The notes below the pieces were generated by a model that did no database searches, was not told the origin of the DNA, and worked only from the letters and a program-made list of their open reading frames with translations. From the IMG/VR virus record IMGVR_UViG_3300030060_007988: a stretch of 64,000 nucleotides of DNA; one strand, given 5' to 3'. Position numbers and translations under genes: made by a program. Positions 8,664 to 17,459 of this stretch are shown one piece after another (within the stretch, counting starts at the first letter, position 1; each line of letters begins with the position of its first letter). The DNA is from a virus.

Positions 8664-10613
8664 ATGAAGAAAATTGACAGACTAATACGTGAGTGGTTCT
8701 ACTTACATCCTGCAGGATATGCAAATAAGCCATATTCACAAAATGACTTAAAAATACTTGAGTCAGCAATGGTCGCTCTTGACTTCAATTATAATGAAAT
8801 AGAATCAGTACTAAAAAAATTATTTGAAAAAATTGATCCAGATAAAACTATAAAATATAAAGATAGTGATGGTCAATCTAAAGAAATGCCTTTTAGTTCA
8901 GCTGTTAAATTAAAAAAGGATCACCCTGCAAGAATAGAGGCTGAAAAACTCAAATCAAAGGAAACGCCAGGACAAGACTCAGGTCAAGAACCTGTAAAAG
9001 GCGCTAGTTTATTCAAAACGGCAGAACCTGGTTCATCGGCAGCAAAGGATGTTGATAAGAAGAAAAAGTCACAACCTCCATCGCCTGAACAATTAAGTAA
9101 AAATTTAAAACAGACACTTAGTCCTGAGGTAAGAATTACTAACCCTGAGGTACAGGCTGAAATAAAGGCTGATGATAGTGAAGAACAACAAAGGTTAAAT
9201 GAACTTTCTAAATTAAAGAATCAAATTAAAATGGAAGGTGACTTTAAACAAAAATCATCAACATTAGTTGCAATAGGTCATCTATATGGAAAGAGAAGCA
9301 ATTCAGGGTTTGGAAAAAATTTAATTGGAGAAGTTGATAGGGATCAATTAAATTTAAATAAAGACAATCTTATTGAAGGATATGATGATGCAAAACCTGA
9401 GCTTGTTGAAAAATATGTTAGAGGCGTTAGAAAACATAAGGTAACAGAAGATTTTGTAAACAAGTCATATGACTCTTTGCCATCATCGTTAAAATCTGCA
9501 CTTAATGGAAAAGGAAAGGTTGGCGATAGGGAAATAGGTCCTGTTGGTGGCCACTTTCTAGGATATAGAAAAAATGATGGATCCACAACTACTGATTTTA
9601 ATGATTCAGATATTGCTAAAGATAGTGATGGAAATCCAGTAATCATAAGAGGAAATGTTGGTAACACCTCAAGAGGTAAACTTGTTTGGAGAATATATCT
9701 AGAACAAGGAGGAATAGATGCATATACAGGACTTCCTCTAAATTTAGAATCAATGGACCTTGAACATGTTGTAGGCTTTAAAAACTCAGATAAAGGTGAA
9801 CCAACAACTAAAGATTATAGTGATAGGGAACATGAGGCAAATCATGTACTAACATCATCAAAAGCAAATCAAAATAAATCAGACATGTCAATGAAAGAGT
9901 TTTTTGAAAAGCAAGTGGATCCTTTAGCCGATAAAACTCCTGAAGAATTTGGAAAGCTTAAGAAAGGAATAGAAAAAGCAAATCAAATAACACCAAGAAC
10001 TGAACAAACTGCATTAAGATTAATGGATGACCCTGAGTTTAAATTAAAAGGTGGTGGAACAACAAAAGATCCAAATGATCCAAACATACAAACTACAGAC
10101 CTTGGAACCCCAAGAGTAGAAGATGCAAACTTATCTAAAAATATTACGCCAAATGGCTTACAACAGGAATTTGACTATGAAGAAGAAGAGTATGATACAT
10201 TAAGGGCCAGCTTACTAAAGGATATCACAGATCCTGCAGATGTTAAAAAAATAAAAAGATTAAATACTAAAATAGGTAAAAGAACTATAAATGCACTTGG
10301 ATTACCAGCTGGTATACCTGATCCTAGTGGTAGAAGAACAAATGCAATATCAGGCTCTGATAACTTTTATAGGGGATTTTTATTATCTATGGCCGAAGCT
10401 AAACCTAAAGATCGTGGTAAATTTAAAGAATGTTGGAGACTTGCAACTAAAATTGCAAGTTCACAAGAGGTAAGATCACAAGGTAGGACATCACAATCAC
10501 AAAAATTTTTAAAACATTTAAGGGATAATAAATGTATTAGTGAAAGTGTACTAAATGATAAAAGGTACTCAAAATTGTTTAGATATAAAAATGAAAAAGG
10601 TGAAATTATATAA
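8664..10613 (+). CDS. Large protein with an internal HNH endonuclease domain and a putative head-packaging leader
   Basis: IYLEQGGIDAYTGLPL...DLEHVV...NHVLTSSKANQNKSD; N-terminal helical leader ending KKLFE, followed by a low-complexity linker. Confidence 0.7.
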   Translation: MKKIDRLIREWFYLHPAGYANKPYSQNDLKILESAMVALDFNYNEIESVLKKLFEKIDPDKTIKYKDSDGQSKEMPFSSAVKLKKDHPARIEAEKLKSKETPGQDSGQEPVKGASLFKTAEPGSSAAKDVDKKKKSQPPSPEQLSKNLKQTLSPEVRITNPEVQAEIKADDSEEQQRLNELSKLKNQIKMEGDFKQKSSTLVAIGHLYGKRSNSGFGKNLIGEVDRDQLNLNKDNLIEGYDDAKPELVEKYVRGVRKHKVTEDFVNKSYDSLPSSLKSALNGKGKVGDREIGPVGGHFLGYRKNDGSTTTDFNDSDIAKDSDGNPVIIRGNVGNTSRGKLVWRIYLEQGGIDAYTGLPLNLESMDLEHVVGFKNSDKGEPTTKDYSDREHEANHVLTSSKANQNKSDMSMKEFFEKQVDPLADKTPEEFGKLKKGIEKANQITPRTEQTALRLMDDPEFKLKGGGTTKDPNDPNIQTTDLGTPRVEDANLSKNITPNGLQQEFDYEEEEYDTLRASLLKDITDPADVKKIKRLNTKIGKRTINALGLPAGIPDPSGRRTNAISGSDNFYRGFLLSMAEAKPKDRGKFKECWRLATKIASSQEVRSQGRTSQSQKFLKHLRDNKCISESVLNDKRYSKLFRYKNEKGEII

Positions 10614-11014
10614 TGAATACTCAACTACTATGTACATTTACAGCTCAAAATAATTTACAACAAACTGTTGATGTAATAGTTGATACTTATGATGTTTTAT
10701 ATAATAAAATATTTATTCTATGTAATGTTGAAGATAATCGTGAATTGATGTGTACATATAATATCCAAAAAACACAAAATTTTGAAATATTAAATAATAC
10801 CATAAGTTTACACAGAAAAAAACAAACAAATACACTATATACTATTAATGCATTAAATAGATTAATTGAATCCTTAAATAATGGTGTATTAGATACCTCA
10901 TATAAAATAATATGGGAAAATTATAGAAACTGCTTATTAACAACTAATGAATTAGGTCTTAAACAAATAAATACAAATATTCACGAAATAGTGCGCATAA
11001 AGATTAAAGATTGA
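10613..11014 (+). CDS. Hypothetical phage protein
   Basis: Coupled ORF (TAATG overlap); QLLCTF...LHRKKQTNTLYTINALN. Confidence 0.75.
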   Translation: MNTQLLCTFTAQNNLQQTVDVIVDTYDVLYNKIFILCNVEDNRELMCTYNIQKTQNFEILNNTISLHRKKQTNTLYTINALNRLIESLNNGVLDTSYKIIWENYRNCLLTTNELGLKQINTNIHEIVRIKIKD

Positions 11015-11050
11015 TATTTATATCGGATTGGAAAATAAAACATAAATAAT

Positions 11051-11079
11051 TTTTTTATATGACAAATTTTTGTTATATT
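11051..11079 (+). promoter_or_regulatory. Promoter motif TTTTTTAT-N13-GTTATATT, copy 2
   Basis: Exact match. Confidence 0.75.
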
Positions 11080-11110
11080 ATATAAAAAATAAAAAAATAC
11101 AAAATAGCAA

Positions 11111-11455
11111 ATGAAAGACTTATTATTAGCCTTAGCCTTTTATACTATAGGGCATACATTAATCTGGTTTCAAACCAACGGACAATTTCTTTGGAAATGG
11201 TTTGAAAAAAATCCATTTTTACTTTCAATAACTTTAGGAACAATTATATCATATACATTTATACTTGGTACAAAACACATAGTACTGTATTCAGGTGGAT
11301 TGTTATGGCCTGGAAGACTATTAGGATTTGGAATTGGAATAACCGCATTTACAATATTAACGTTAATATATTTTGGTGAAGGACTTTCATCAAAAACTAT
11401 AACATCACTAATATTGGCAATAGGTTTGGTTTGTATACAGATTTTTTGGAAATAA
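11111..11455 (+). CDS. Small 4-TM membrane protein (DMT/SMR-like topology)
   Basis: Four hydrophobic segments and a FGEGLS loop before the last helix. Confidence 0.65.
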   Translation: MKDLLLALAFYTIGHTLIWFQTNGQFLWKWFEKNPFLLSITLGTIISYTFILGTKHIVLYSGGLLWPGRLLGFGIGITAFTILTLIYFGEGLSSKTITSLILAIGLVCIQIFWK

Positions 11456-11456
11456 T

Positions 11457-11485
11457 TTTTTTATATGCGAAAATTTTGTTATATT
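11457..11485 (+). promoter_or_regulatory. Promoter motif TTTTTTAT-N13-GTTATATT, copy 3
   Basis: Exact match; positioned to drive Hc1-SSB-recA-ncRNA. Confidence 0.75.
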
Positions 11486-11515
11486 GAGTATTAATAAATA
11501 ATAAAGGAGAAAAAC

Positions 11516-11689
11516 ATGGATAGTGTTGAAAAAATTCAAGAAGTATTGGATAACATACAACCTGATGTTACCAAGTTTAGCGGAGGTAATAAATCTGCTG
11601 GAACAAGAATTAGAAAAGCAATGCAGGAAATTAAAAAATTGGCTCAAGACGTAAGAGTTGAGGTCCAAGATAAAAAAAATAGTAAATAA
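11516..11689 (+). CDS. Histone H1-like (Hc1 family) small DNA-binding protein, 57 aa (absent from the ORF track)
   Basis: MDSVEKIQEVLDNIQPDVTKFSGGNKSAGTRIRKAMQEIKKLAQDVRVEVQDKKNSK; GNKSAGTRxRK signature; AAGGAG SD. Confidence 0.85.
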   Translation: MDSVEKIQEVLDNIQPDVTKFSGGNKSAGTRIRKAMQEIKKLAQDVRVEVQDKKNSK

Positions 11690-11708
11690 TAATTAAAAGG
11701 AGTAAATA

Positions 11709-12479
11709 ATGGCATTAGATTTAGAAGCTATAAGACAAAAGTTAAATAACTTACAAAGTCAAACTGGAAAACAGGATAACTTATGGAAACCTGAACCAGG
11801 AAAAAATCAAATTAGAATTGTACCATATCAGTATAATAAAGATAACCCGTTTATTGAATTATACTTTCATTATGATTTAGGTAAGAAAAACTACTTATCA
11901 CCTATTACATTTGGTGAAGCTGACCCAGCAGTTGAATTTGCTGAAAAGTTAAAAGCAACTGGAAATCAAGATGATTGGAAAATGGCAAGAAAACTAGAAC
12001 CAAAAATGAGATGTTATGTACCTGTATTAATTAGAGGTAAAGAATCAGAAGGTGTTAAATTTTGGGGATTTGGTAAAACTGTATATCAAGAACTGTTAAG
12101 TTTCATAGCAGACCCAGATTATGGTGACATTACTGATTTAAGATCAGGTAGAGATGTTGTAGTTGAGTATCTTACACCAGAAGAAGCAGGTAATAGTTTT
12201 GGTAAAACAACAATTAGAGTTAAGCCAAATCAAACAGCTGCAACAGAAGATAAAAATGTTGCTGAAAAAGTTGTAAGTGGTCAAAAAGATATAAACGAAA
12301 TCTTTAGAAAAGTTTCATACGATGATTTAAAAGCTGCATTGGAAACTTGGTTAGATCCAGAAAGTGAATCAGGAGAAAGTCCTTCACCAACTGGAAATGG
12401 TCAAACTACACAAGCAGATACAACAGTTAAAAAGACTGATGATATATCGGCAGCATTTGATAATTTGTTTGATAACTAG
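11709..12479 (+). CDS. Single-stranded DNA-binding protein (T4 gp32-like)
   Basis: LWKPEPGKNQIRIVP, VKFWGFGKTVYQEL, DYGDITD..GRD; acidic/aromatic tail AFDNLFDN. Confidence 0.8.
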   Translation: MALDLEAIRQKLNNLQSQTGKQDNLWKPEPGKNQIRIVPYQYNKDNPFIELYFHYDLGKKNYLSPITFGEADPAVEFAEKLKATGNQDDWKMARKLEPKMRCYVPVLIRGKESEGVKFWGFGKTVYQELLSFIADPDYGDITDLRSGRDVVVEYLTPEEAGNSFGKTTIRVKPNQTAATEDKNVAEKVVSGQKDINEIFRKVSYDDLKAALETWLDPESESGESPSPTGNGQTTQADTTVKKTDDISAAFDNLFDN

Positions 12480-12489
12480 GAGGATATAG

Positions 12490-13617
12490 ATGGCAAAGAA
12501 AGTAACAACAAATAGAGATTCTTTAGCAGACATACTTGCTGACAGTTTAAATAAAAAGTTTAAAGACTATAAGGTTGCTTATTTTCTTGACGGTACTGAA
12601 GAAACTCCAACCGACCTAACAGAATGGATAAGCACAGGGTCATCAATGTTAGACATTGCAATTTCAAACAGAAAAAATGGTGGAATACCAGTTGGTAGAA
12701 TTACCGAAATAACTGGTCTGGAAGGAAGTGGTAAAAGTCTTATGGCTGCACATATTCTTGCAAATACACAAAAGCAAGGTGGTATGGCCGTATACATTGA
12801 TACTGAAAATGCTATGAACGAAGAATTTGCTCGAGCAGTAGGTATAGACATTAAAAATATGTTATACATACAATTGGAAACAATAGAGGAAATATTCGAG
12901 GTTATGGAAAACATAGTAACAAAAGTTAGGGAAGGTGATAGTGATAGGCTAGTTACCATAGTAGTTGATTCATTGGCTGGAGCTACAACTAAAGTTGAAA
13001 GCGAAGCTGACTATAGTAAAGACGGATGGGCTACTAGTAAGGCTATCATTTTGTCAAAAGCAATGAGAAAAATTACTCAAATGATTGGAAGACAGAGAAT
13101 ATGTGCTGTATTTACAAATCAGCTTAGACAAAAAATGGGAGTAATGTTTGGTGATCCTTGGACTACTTCTGGAGGAAAGGCAGTTGCTTTTCACTCTAGT
13201 TGTAGATTAAGGTTAAAGCCAATGGGTCAGATAAAGGCCAAGGTAGATGGCCAAGACCAGGTAATAGGAATAAAAACAGTTGCACAAGTTGTAAAAAATA
13301 GAATGGGACCACCATTAAGAAAATCACAATTTGAAATATACTTTGAAAGTGGAATTGATGATTTAGGTGGATGGTTACAGGTTATGAAAGACTACAAACT
13401 TGTAAAACAAGGAGGAAGTTGGTATACATATACTGATAAATCTGGTAAAGACCATAAATTTATGTCAAAGGATTGGAATGATTTACTAACAAACAATCCA
13501 GACCTAAAGCAAGAAATTTATGATTTAATAACTGAAACTGTTATTATGAACTATAAGGTTGATAATTTTGGAATTGATGATATTGAAATTAGCAATGAAC
13601 CGGTACCTGAAAATTAA
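12490..13617 (+). CDS. recA: RecA/UvsX recombinase
   Basis: GGIPVGRITEITGLEGSGKS (Walker A), YIDTENA, IVVDSLA (Walker B), FTNQLRQK, TSGGKA. Confidence 0.95.
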   Translation: MAKKVTTNRDSLADILADSLNKKFKDYKVAYFLDGTEETPTDLTEWISTGSSMLDIAISNRKNGGIPVGRITEITGLEGSGKSLMAAHILANTQKQGGMAVYIDTENAMNEEFARAVGIDIKNMLYIQLETIEEIFEVMENIVTKVREGDSDRLVTIVVDSLAGATTKVESEADYSKDGWATSKAIILSKAMRKITQMIGRQRICAVFTNQLRQKMGVMFGDPWTTSGGKAVAFHSSCRLRLKPMGQIKAKVDGQDQVIGIKTVAQVVKNRMGPPLRKSQFEIYFESGIDDLGGWLQVMKDYKLVKQGGSWYTYTDKSGKDHKFMSKDWNDLLTNNPDLKQEIYDLITETVIMNYKVDNFGIDDIEISNEPVPEN

Positions 13618-13633
13618 TATATCCTTATATGAT

Positions 13634-13921
13634 GGGAAGCAAGTCTTCCCTGAGTCTTACGATAACGGCCACCTTCACGTGGTGTAAGACGTTACGGTCA
13701 AAAGTCCTCACGAGTATAATGACTATTTTGATCAACTAAGAGCCGTAAATTTTAGTAGTATTAGAGGTAACATTGATTGGTCCAGTGACCCCAATTAAAT
13801 GTAAATAATATGACAGAACAAATAGTTTTGATGTAAAGCTGATACCAAGTGTCTTTTAACCGTCACTGTTGAAAGAAATAGAAAATACATCTAAATATTA
13901 GCTTCTAATACTACATTTTTT
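13634..13921 (+). ncRNA. Unassigned highly structured RNA (~290 nt) with a kissing-loop pseudoknot
   Basis: About ten stems, including a 13-bp long-range helix 13755-13767/13902-13914; loop-loop complementarity AGTGAC/GTCACT; several G-U pairs work only on the + strand; ends in a U-tract. Confidence 0.75.
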
Positions 13922-13932
13922 CTCTTAAAAAT

Positions 13933-13961
13933 TTTTTTATCCCAATTGTTTTGGTTATATT
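13933..13961 (+). promoter_or_regulatory. Promoter motif TTTTTTAT-N13-GTTATATT, copy 4
   Basis: Exact match upstream of the exonuclease-helicase genes. Confidence 0.75.
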
Positions 13962-13987
13962 TAATTAAATAAATAGATTAGAAGATT

Positions 13988-15034
13988 ATGAACAAAAAGT
14001 ATTTTTCAATTTTAGAAACACTAAAAGAAAATAAAAACACAGAATCAGGACCAAATGATAGGATATTACTTATTGATGGACTAAATACTTTCATTAGAAG
14101 TTTTGCAGCAAATCCAGTTACAAATGACGATGGAATTCATGTAGGAGGAATAACAGGATTTTTAATGTCAATAGGCTATGCAATTAGAAACATAAAACCA
14201 ACAAGAGTAATTATATGCTGGGATGGAAAAGGTGGTAGCCAAAGGCGTAGAAAATTGTTTCCGGAATATAAAGGAAATAGGCGTGTAAGATCTAGGTTAA
14301 CAAGACATGTTAGTATTGGAACTATGGAAGATGAAAAAGTTGCAATGAAAAACCAATTACTAAGACTTTCACAATATATTGATACATTACCTCTTCACAT
14401 GGTATCAGTGGAGAATATTGAAGCTGATGATTCTATTGCATATATATGCGAGCAATTGTATCCAAAGAGTCAAGTATTTATTATGTCAACTGATAAAGAC
14501 TTTATGCAACTTGTAAGTAATCGTGTAACAGTATGGTCACCAACAAAAAAGAAGTACTACTTTGCAGATACAATTAAAGAAGAATATGGAATCCATCCAA
14601 ATAATTTTTTAATGTTTAGAACAATAACAGGTGATGGTTCAGATAATATACCTGGAATACGTGGTGCAGGACTAAAGACATTAATAAATAGAATGCCTAT
14701 AATTGCAGGTAAAGAAAACATAACGGTTGATCAAATTGTTGAATTCTGTAAGAAAAATACAAATATTAAAATATTAAAAACAATTTCAGAGTCGGCTGAT
14801 TTATTAAACTTAAATTATGACTTAATGCAATTAAACAATGTTGATATATCAGGCTCGGCAAAATTAAAAATAAATAATTGTGTAAAGGAAAAAATACCAA
14901 GATTAGTTAAATATGAATTTTTAAAAATGATGATAGAGGATAACATAAACAATGCAATCAAAAACCCAGAGTTTTGGTTAAGAGATACTTTTCTATCGTT
15001 AGATACTTATGCAGGAATGACACATGGCAGATAA
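13988..15034 (+). CDS. rnh: 5'-3' exonuclease/flap endonuclease (T4 RNase H-like)
   Basis: LLIDGLN, WDG, RRKLFPEYKGNR, EADD, STDKDFMQL, GDGSDNIPGIRGAG. Confidence 0.92.
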   Translation: MNKKYFSILETLKENKNTESGPNDRILLIDGLNTFIRSFAANPVTNDDGIHVGGITGFLMSIGYAIRNIKPTRVIICWDGKGGSQRRRKLFPEYKGNRRVRSRLTRHVSIGTMEDEKVAMKNQLLRLSQYIDTLPLHMVSVENIEADDSIAYICEQLYPKSQVFIMSTDKDFMQLVSNRVTVWSPTKKKYYFADTIKEEYGIHPNNFLMFRTITGDGSDNIPGIRGAGLKTLINRMPIIAGKENITVDQIVEFCKKNTNIKILKTISESADLLNLNYDLMQLNNVDISGSAKLKINNCVKEKIPRLVKYEFLKMMIEDNINNAIKNPEFWLRDTFLSLDTYAGMTHGR

Positions 15035-16373
15035 ACTATCAGAATTTGGATATAATTTTCAGATAAAATTAATAGCATCACTATTTACAGATAGGGCATA
15101 CTTACAACAAATATCTGATATTTTAGAACCTAATATGTTTGAAAGCGAAGCTAATTATTTTATAGTTGATACTATTAAAAAATATTTTCAAACATACAAA
15201 TCTCCACCTACTATGGAAGTAATGAAAGTACAGGTTGAAGAAATTGATAATGATGTACTAAAGACAACTGTAGTAGATCATCTAAAGGATTCATACAAAC
15301 AATTAGAATCAGATGACCTTGAATTTGTAAAAGAAAAAACTTTAATGTTTTGTAAAAATCAAAAACTAAAAAAGGCAATCATTAGGTCTGTTGATTTACT
15401 AAAGGACAACGATTTTGAATCAATTAAAACAGTAATTGATGAATCACTAAAGGCAGGTTCAGATAGAGATGTCGGCCATGAATATTTAGAGGAAATAGAT
15501 TTAAGATATGAAGAAAGTGTTAGAAATGTAGTAACTACAGGATGGGAAGTAATTGATGATCTTGCTGATGGTGGTTTAGGTAAAGGTGAACTTGGAGTTA
15601 TGGTCGCCCCTGCAGGTATTGGTAAGTCGTGGGCACTAGTAAATATAGGTGCAAATGCTGTTAAAGCAGGACTAAAAGTTATACATTATACACTAGAATT
15701 AAATGAACACTATGTAGGTCTAAGATATGATAGTGTATTTACAGGTATTGCTGCACAAGATTTAAAATACAATATTGATGATGTAAAGAAAAGGCTTACT
15801 AGTGTAGAAGGAAATCTTATTGTAAAGTATTATCCAACTAAAGGTGCATCTGTGAATTCAATATCTGCACATATTGAAAAATGTATGGTACAAGGATTTA
15901 AACCTGATATGGTAATAGTAGATTATGCAGATCTATTAAGAGGTTCTGGAAAATCTAGAGAACTAAGACATGAACTTGGAAATCTATATGAAGACCTTCG
16001 AGGAATTGCAGGTGAACATGAAATACCAGTTTGGACAGCATCTCAAGCAAATAGGTCAGCTTTGGAGGAAGATGTTATCGGTGCAGAAAAAATAGCAGAG
16101 TCATATGCAAAAATAATGACAGCTGACTTTGTAATATCATTAAGTAGAAAAATTGAAGATAAGATAGCAGGCACAGGAAGATGGCATGTTATTAAAAATA
16201 GATTTGGTCCTGATGGTATTACACTACCAAGTAAAATGAATGCGAGTAATGGTCAAATAGATATCTATGAATCGGATTCAATACAAGGTCAAGAAACCAG
16301 AAAAGATATGAATAATCATTCTGAGTATTTAAGAAAAATGATGGCAAATAAATATAAAGAACTTGATAGTTAA
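15024..16373 (+). CDS. DnaB-like replicative helicase (T4 gp41-like)
   Basis: APAGIGKS (Walker A), YTLE, IVDYADLL (Walker B), WTASQANR, KNRFG. Confidence 0.92.
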   Translation: MADKLSEFGYNFQIKLIASLFTDRAYLQQISDILEPNMFESEANYFIVDTIKKYFQTYKSPPTMEVMKVQVEEIDNDVLKTTVVDHLKDSYKQLESDDLEFVKEKTLMFCKNQKLKKAIIRSVDLLKDNDFESIKTVIDESLKAGSDRDVGHEYLEEIDLRYEESVRNVVTTGWEVIDDLADGGLGKGELGVMVAPAGIGKSWALVNIGANAVKAGLKVIHYTLELNEHYVGLRYDSVFTGIAAQDLKYNIDDVKKRLTSVEGNLIVKYYPTKGASVNSISAHIEKCMVQGFKPDMVIVDYADLLRGSGKSRELRHELGNLYEDLRGIAGEHEIPVWTASQANRSALEEDVIGAEKIAESYAKIMTADFVISLSRKIEDKIAGTGRWHVIKNRFGPDGITLPSKMNASNGQIDIYESDSIQGQETRKDMNNHSEYLRKMMANKYKELDS

Positions 16374-16411
16374 CTTTATATATGTATATTTTGATATTTA
16401 TAGTTACATAC

Positions 16412-16432
16412 AGGACTATAAGTCCTTTTGTT
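16412..16432 (+). terminator. Small hairpin plus T-tract between helicase and nrdB
   Basis: AGGAC-TATAA-GTCCT followed by TTTGTT. Confidence 0.35.
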
Positions 16433-16451
16433 ATCTAATAGGAGTTATTAA

Positions 16452-17447
16452 ATGAATAAATTATTTGAAGAAAGAATCCCATACAAACCGTTTGAATATC
16501 CAGTTTATTATACTGAAGGTTGGCTAAAACAGGCACAAGCATTTTGGTTACATACTGAAATATCAATGCAAGGTGATGTAAAGGATTGGAAAGAAAAATT
16601 AACACCAGCTGAAAAAAATTTAGTGGGAAATATACTTTTAGGATTTGCACAAACCGAATGTGCAGTAAGTGATTACTGGACTGGAATGGTTACAAAGTGG
16701 TTTCCTAAATATGAAATACAACAAATGGCAATGATGTTTGGAAGTCAAGAAACAATACATGCAGTTGCTTACAGCTACTTAAATGAAACATTAGGACTTG
16801 AAGATTTTGAAGCATTTTTACACGAACCTGCAACGGCAGATAAGTTTGAACTACTCATGAATACAAGTGCAGATTACACACATAAGGATTTGGCCAAAGA
16901 TGGAAAGGCAAGGCAGGAGGTTGCAAGAAGTCTAGCAATCTTTAGCGCATTTGCAGAAGGTGTAAGTCTTTATAGTTCTTTTGCTGTTTTATATAGCTTC
17001 CAAATGAGAAACTTTTTAAAAGGGATTGGTCAACAAATGAAATGGAGTGTAAGAGATGAGTCTTTACACAGTAGAATGGGATGTAAATTATTTAATCACA
17101 TGTGTGAAGAATATCCAGAACTACGTGAACAGTCAAAGGATTCAATAGTTGAAGCTGCAAAAATGATTGTTGAATTGGAAGAAAAGTTTATTGACAAAAT
17201 GTTTGAAATGGGAGACTTGGAAAATTTATCTGCATCAGATCTAAAGGAGTTCATTAAGCAAAGAACAAATGATAAATTACGGGAGTTAGGATATGAAGAA
17301 ATATTTATTGTCAATCAAGAACAAGCTGGTAATTTGGATTGGTTCTATCATCTTACTGGTGGGCACACTCACACTGACTTTTTTAGTGTTAGGCCTACTG
17401 ATTATAGCAAGGCTGGTGAAGATGATGATTGGGATGATTTGTTTTAA
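16452..17447 (+). CDS. nrdB: Ribonucleotide reductase class I beta subunit
   Basis: YKPFEYP, AQTE, ETIHAVAY, EGVSLYSSF, RDESLH, DFF...Y tail. Confidence 0.95.
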   Translation: MNKLFEERIPYKPFEYPVYYTEGWLKQAQAFWLHTEISMQGDVKDWKEKLTPAEKNLVGNILLGFAQTECAVSDYWTGMVTKWFPKYEIQQMAMMFGSQETIHAVAYSYLNETLGLEDFEAFLHEPATADKFELLMNTSADYTHKDLAKDGKARQEVARSLAIFSAFAEGVSLYSSFAVLYSFQMRNFLKGIGQQMKWSVRDESLHSRMGCKLFNHMCEEYPELREQSKDSIVEAAKMIVELEEKFIDKMFEMGDLENLSASDLKEFIKQRTNDKLRELGYEEIFIVNQEQAGNLDWFYHLTGGHTHTDFFSVRPTDYSKAGEDDDWDDLF

Positions 17448-17459
17448 GAGGTTATAATT

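Noticed and set aside
8664-10613. Cas9/IscB call
   Set aside because: Only the HNH domain matches; no RuvC motifs, bridge helix, PLMP start or adjacent array/omega-RNA.
13620-13921. RNase P, group I intron, tmRNA, hammerhead or lysine/cobalamin riboswitch identity for the structured RNA
   Set aside because: AAAGTCC and GACAGAAC echo RNase P, but the P4 pairing is absent. AGTCC and GACTA are in the wrong order for group I P7, and no gene is interrupted. No tRNA-like ends, CUGAnGA core or riboswitch consensus.
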